From Deltaproteobacteria bacterium (GTDB lineage Bacteria > Desulfobacterota > GWC2-55-46 > JADFVP01): DNA of 64,000 nucleotides. This document shows, one piece after another, positions 60,233-64,000 of the stretch (its first letter is position 1; each line of letters starts with the position of its first letter). The notes beneath the pieces were generated by a model. That model saw nothing but the letters and a program-made list of their open reading frames with translations. It had not been told where the DNA came from and did not search any database. The position numbers and the translations under genes were made by a program. The stretch covers positions 65,457 to 129,456 of the forward strand of contig JAJCZH010000020.1 of the NCBI GenBank assembly GCA_029262515.1. Reading direction: 5' to 3'.

Positions 60233-61822
60233 TTACAAACCGTGCACCACGCCGCCGCGCCTGTTGTCCCCGGCCCCGTCTATACCGTCAGAGCCGAGCA
60301 GCACCGTATGGACACCCCCGAAATACATGTGCTTGGTGCTCCACCTGTTTACATCCACTCCACCTGCCTCAAGCTCATCGAGCACGGCAGAGTCCACGCC
60401 GGTCTCCACCTGAAAGACCCCGTCGTCGTAATGGACACGCGACCGGTTGACGGCCTGCTCCACGGGAAGGTTGAAGTCCATGACATTTACGATAACCTGA
60501 AAAATCGCATCCCTTATGCGCTTTGAGCCTCCGCTCCCGAGAGCGACTACGGGCTCGTGCCCCTTCATAAGTATAGTCGGAGCCATCATGGAACTCATCC
60601 GGACGCCTGCCGGGGTCACATGGAAGCCGTGCGGGTTGAGATCGTCCTCACCGCACATGCTGTTCATCATAATGCCGGTTCCGGGAATCATATAACCGCA
60701 ACCGATACCGGTAGATGTGGTTACGGTCGCCGCATTGCCGTCTTTGTCGAGCACGCTTATCTGAGTGGTATTGCCAGAGCCCGGCCCCTTCGACTCTGCG
60801 GTACTCGCCGGTTGCACGCCCTCTCCGGCCTCCCACGCATCTATCATAGCCCTGTACCGCCCTACCGTCTCATCCGAAAGCAATCTGTCGGCTATATCTT
60901 CATCATAAATAAACGCATCGAACTCTTCTCTTCTCGCCTCGTTCGTCGCCCTCATTACATGCTCTAAAAGCCTTAAGTGCGCGTACCCGTTATGCTCAAA
61001 ACCGCTGAGGTTAAAACCGTCGAGCAGCCTGAGGGCAAAGGCTATTAAAGAGCCGCCGGAGGAAGGCGGCGGATTTGTAAAGACCGTACGCCCCCTGTAC
61101 TTAAGCTCCAACGGTGTCCGCTCTATTACGCTGTACTCTTCTATATCCTTGCTCGTAAAGAGACCCCTTGTGCCGAACCCTTCGAGCATTCTCTCAGCCA
61201 ACTCTCCTTCGTAAAACCTTTCCAGGCCGTCTCTTGCAAGGTAATCGAAGGTCTCGGCCATCTGCCTGTTTACCAGCAGTTCTCCTTCTAAAAGCGCAGA
61301 CCCCTTTGGGGCGTAGATTGCGCTCGCCTCTTTCGAGGCCGTAAGCACGGGAGAGAGCATTTTATTAAAATTAGCCTGAACAGGACTGAGCTCAATGCCG
61401 TCGCGTGCGTACTTAATGGCAGGCTCGAGCAGTTCTTTTAAAGGCAGCGTGCAGTGGTTCTTGTAGACCGTAGCCATACCCGCGATGTTACCCGGCATCG
61501 CTGCCGCTCCCTCGCCTATGTGGAGTTCCTGGAGCATACCGCCGAAGTTCACATGAATAGAGTAGAAGTTCATGTTATCGGTTCCGCCGGTCCTGCCCAT
61601 GCCCGGAACATCGGTAAAAAAGTCGTAGAACCGCACCTTGTCTTCACCCTTCGGGTGGGCCATTAGAAAACCGCCGCCCGCAGCGCTCGTAAGTGCGCTC
61701 TCTGTAACAAAAGAGGCGAATGCCGCAGCAACCGCAGCGTCGAAGGCGTTTCCTCCGGCTCTCAAAATTTCCGCTCCGGCACGCGCCGTAAGATCATGCC
61801 CCGCCGCTACTATACCTTTCAT
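60233..61822 (-). CDS. ggt: Cytoplasmic gamma-glutamyltransferase family protein
   Basis: GGNAFDAAVAA, NPPPSSGG, autocleavage Thr in GNTTQISV.D..G, SSMMAPT, GSGGS, DNRRGG; no signal peptide. Confidence 0.9.
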   Translation of the reverse strand: MKGIVAAGHDLTARAGAEILRAGGNAFDAAVAAAFASFVTESALTSAAGGGFLMAHPKGEDKVRFYDFFTDVPGMGRTGGTDNMNFYSIHVNFGGMLQELHIGEGAAAMPGNIAGMATVYKNHCTLPLKELLEPAIKYARDGIELSPVQANFNKMLSPVLTASKEASAIYAPKGSALLEGELLVNRQMAETFDYLARDGLERFYEGELAERMLEGFGTRGLFTSKDIEEYSVIERTPLELKYRGRTVFTNPPPSSGGSLIAFALRLLDGFNLSGFEHNGYAHLRLLEHVMRATNEARREEFDAFIYDEDIADRLLSDETVGRYRAMIDAWEAGEGVQPASTAESKGPGSGNTTQISVLDKDGNAATVTTSTGIGCGYMIPGTGIMMNSMCGEDDLNPHGFHVTPAGVRMSSMMAPTILMKGHEPVVALGSGGSKRIRDAIFQVIVNVMDFNLPVEQAVNRSRVHYDDGVFQVETGVDSAVLDELEAGGVDVNRWSTKHMYFGGVHTVLLGSDGIDGAGDNRRGGVVHGL

Positions 61823-62970
61823 ACCTCCGCTTCTTCCACCTCCTGCTGTAACCCGTCGGCAAGGTCCGCAACTACCGCGGCGAGCTTGCCGGTAGCCTCA
61901 AATACCTTAAGCTGCCTCTGTGCACCAGTACCGTGCTCGAGTATATCCAACACACCCTTCAACTCATTATCCGCACCGAGCTCTTTAGCCTCCGGGGTTA
62001 CGGTATCAACCACAAAACCGATAGCCTCCTTTGCGCTCACAACCGAGCCGCCGTCTTTTACAAGAAAATTCCCCTCAATGCCGTACCTGCAAGCGCGCCA
62101 CTTGTTCTCTCTGGTGACAAAAGAGTGCGGGCGCTCAAATGGTACGCCGGAATCGTACTCGTCGCTCAGCTTCTTAACGATAGACTGAATGAGCGCGGCA
62201 ATGGCGAGCACGTCCTTCAGGCACATAGGTATATCGCAAACCCTGACCTCTACAGTACCGAAGTCCGGGTGCGGCCTGATATCCCACCACAGTTCGCGTA
62301 TGGTATCTATAACGCCGGTGGCTATATACTTTTCAACCACATTGGTATAATCGGCCCAGTCATGAAAGTAAAACGGGAGACCAGCCGTAGGAAGCGTCTC
62401 AAAAACCTTCGTCCTATACGACCTCAACCCGGTCTTCTGACCCTGCCAGAACGGCGAGTTGGCCGAAACAGCGAGCAGGTGCGGCAGGTAATAGAGCATC
62501 CGATTCATCACATAAATGCACTTCTCGGCATTATTTACGCCGACATGGACGTGAAGGCCAAAGATATTAAACCTGCGCCCGACCATCTGGAGCTTGTCTA
62601 GCAGTTGATGGTACCTCTCGGAATCCGTAACCTCTTGCTCTCTCCACAGAGAGAACGGGTGGGTGGACGAAAGGCACAGGCGCGTATTATGCTGCTTTGC
62701 CGCCGCAATGACGGCAACGAGCTTTTTATGCAAATCGGCCCCGGCCTCGGCAACGGAGCCACTCTTGGCGCTTACTATCTCTACATTAGACCCCATAAGC
62801 TCGTGCTTGACAAACTCGGTATGAGAGTCGAGCGAGCCGAGCACCTCTGAACAGCGAGAGACAAGCGCATTGCTTTGAGCGTCTACAAGCTGAACTTCGA
62901 GTTCGATCCCAACCGTAAAGTCAGGGGATTCATTAAAGTTTATCTTCATAACCGACCTGTCGGCCTGCAC
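61819..62970 (-). CDS. GCS2/YbdK-family carboxylate-amine (glutamate--cysteine-like) ligase
   Basis: TVGIELEVQLVD, FGLHVHVG, SANSPFW.G, WWDIRP.P.FGTVEVRVCD, ENKWRACRYG; alternative start ATG 62949. Confidence 0.92.
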   Translation of the reverse strand: MQADRSVMKINFNESPDFTVGIELEVQLVDAQSNALVSRCSEVLGSLDSHTEFVKHELMGSNVEIVSAKSGSVAEAGADLHKKLVAVIAAAKQHNTRLCLSSTHPFSLWREQEVTDSERYHQLLDKLQMVGRRFNIFGLHVHVGVNNAEKCIYVMNRMLYYLPHLLAVSANSPFWQGQKTGLRSYRTKVFETLPTAGLPFYFHDWADYTNVVEKYIATGVIDTIRELWWDIRPHPDFGTVEVRVCDIPMCLKDVLAIAALIQSIVKKLSDEYDSGVPFERPHSFVTRENKWRACRYGIEGNFLVKDGGSVVSAKEAIGFVVDTVTPEAKELGADNELKGVLDILEHGTGAQRQLKVFEATGKLAAVVADLADGLQQEVEEAEV

Positions 62971-63278
62971 TTCAGGCCCTGAGATAAGAGAGCGTTAACA
63001 TTACAATAAGAAGCAACCGGGAAATTTAAAATTACCATCTATAACAACACAAATCAACTCCGTTGCCAACCTCTTGCCCACCTTTCCATCAGGCTCCGGC
63101 GGTTTCCGTCAAAGAAAAGAGGTGCAACAATAGGTTTTTGACATTGCTGCCCGAAAAAGGGTATAAAAGCAGTGTAGAGGCAGGCTCGAACAGAGACCGG
63201 CATAAACAAGACCCTTCGATATAATATCAGATTCAAACGGAACAGAAACCGTATAAGTTGAACAGAGGATGGAGTGAG

Positions 63279-63422
63279 ATGCCAGAGCAGAGTACGGAAG
63301 CGCTAATGGATAGCATTATGAACTGGCTCTCGGACCCTATTGTGGTTCTTATACTGTCGTTCATGGCCACGGGTTTCGTAATTCGCAGAGTCAGCCGTTT
63401 TCTCGAAAGCCGAAAAAAGTAG
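63279..63422 (+). CDS. Small single-pass membrane peptide (47 aa; 38 aa from ATG 63306)
   Basis: MPEQSTEALMDSIMNWLSDPIVVLILSFMATGFVIRRVSRFLESRKK; GGAG RBS; TTGACA-18-TATAAA at 63138-63167. Confidence 0.55.
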   Translation: MPEQSTEALMDSIMNWLSDPIVVLILSFMATGFVIRRVSRFLESRKK

Positions 63423-63521
63423 TACCGTGCGTACGGCACAGCGTTCGCTGTTTTTATTGAGCGAGAACCCCGTGGCCGGTTGATAGCTGTTAGATACGCA
63501 AACCACAAAAATCGATAATCG

Positions 63522-63781
63522 CCCACCGCAGGTGCGCTGCCCGAACGGGTACTCTCCGCACATCTAACTTCCATTTGGTACATAATAACCTACCGAATAC
63601 CACCCACCGCAGGTGCGCAAGAGTAGTGCTATGCTGTACGCTATTAGGCGATGTACCAACAGGATACTGCCCTCTGCAAGAGTGGTGCTATGCTGTACGG
63701 CATATATCGAGTAGTTGTTGCATAGTGCAATACTAAAAAATGTCTCTTACTGCATCTTGTCATCCGCAGGAGTGCAAGAGT
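63522..63781. repeat. Short degenerate intergenic repeats
   Basis: CCCACCGCAGGTGCGC at 63522 and 63603; GCAAGAGTrGTGCTATGCTGTACG at 63617 and 63676; CCGCAGGAGTGCAAGAGT at 63764. Confidence 0.7.
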
Positions 63782-63903
63782 TACTCGCTCAACCCCATCG
63801 GCTCATTACAACAGACAAGCTCTCCACCGCCGGCCTTGGTAACCAGCACTTCATTGCCGCAGATACTGCAGACGTACTTCTCTCCCTCATTCTTTACATG
63901 CAT
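63781..63903 (-). CDS. Stand-alone desulforedoxin (desulfoferrodoxin N-terminal FeS4 domain), 40 aa
   Basis: MHVKNEGEKYVCSICGNEVLVTKAGGGELVCCNEPMGLSE; Y.C..CGN.V.V...G.G.L.CC..PM signature; GGAGGG RBS; too short for the ORF track. Confidence 0.9.
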   Translation of the reverse strand: MHVKNEGEKYVCSICGNEVLVTKAGGGELVCCNEPMGLSE

Positions 63904-63930
63904 ACCGACACCCTCCATGTTTTAGGTTTT

Positions 63931-64000
63931 CTACAGTATCTCAATATCCCCTGAAGTACTCAAGGACAATTTCGCCCCTTCTTTTCCCCATTCTTTTAAA
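63931..64000 (-). CDS. Possible 3' end of an upstream gene cut by the window edge
   Basis: Open frame LKEWGKEGAKLSLSTSGDIEIL-stop just upstream of the desulforedoxin RBS. Confidence 0.3.
   Translation of the reverse strand, partial: LKEWGKEGAKLSLSTSGDIEIL

Noticed and set aside
5471..62850. Many long plus-strand ORFs (e.g. 5628-6389, 24702-25433, 40064-41005, 42571-43338, 51757-52500, 61933-62601)
   Set aside because: Antisense shadows of well-recognised minus-strand genes; no motifs of their own
63522..63781. Possible CRISPR array
   Set aside because: Only two copies per motif, irregular spacing, no cas genes
63054..63954. ORF-track entries 63054-63236, 63233-63583, 63303-63563, 63715-63954, 63740-63925
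   Set aside because: No motifs; they conflict with the better-supported small peptide and desulforedoxin on the opposite strands

Overview
Mostly minus-strand core chromosome of a Gram-negative bacterium; gene content and order suggest a deltaproteobacterium (Desulfobacterota-like), which is an inference. In window order: a partial PocR-type sensor gene with a structured terminator-containing leader; secF-secD-yajC-tgt-queA-SpoIID/LytB-DUF2065; two small c-type cytochromes; zur-znuACB with a Zur box; RNase E/G with a long N-terminal disordered region; two tandem B12-type radical SAM paralogues; a complete dcw operon (mraZ to ftsZ); class III adenylate cyclase plus TPR lipoprotein; rnpB, RNase HI, C4 zinc-ribbon protein, tRNA-Ile2 and a DHH-CBS tRNA nucleotidyltransferase. 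The standout accessory block is a 9 kb cluster (47023-56138) of five multiheme cytochromes (32 CxxCH motifs, including an 11-heme protein with an OmcE-like N-terminal domain), two beta-propeller proteins and two HAMP membrane proteins with no output domain. It is a candidate cytochrome-nanowire/extracellular electron transfer system. It is followed by tRNA-Cys, ACT-malic enzyme, IscA/ErpA, a GCS2 ligase-GGT-M20 amidohydrolase operon, an unannotated small membrane peptide and a stand-alone desulforedoxin. No mobile elements or CRISPR arrays were seen. All family calls come from motif recognition by eye; no database searches were run.
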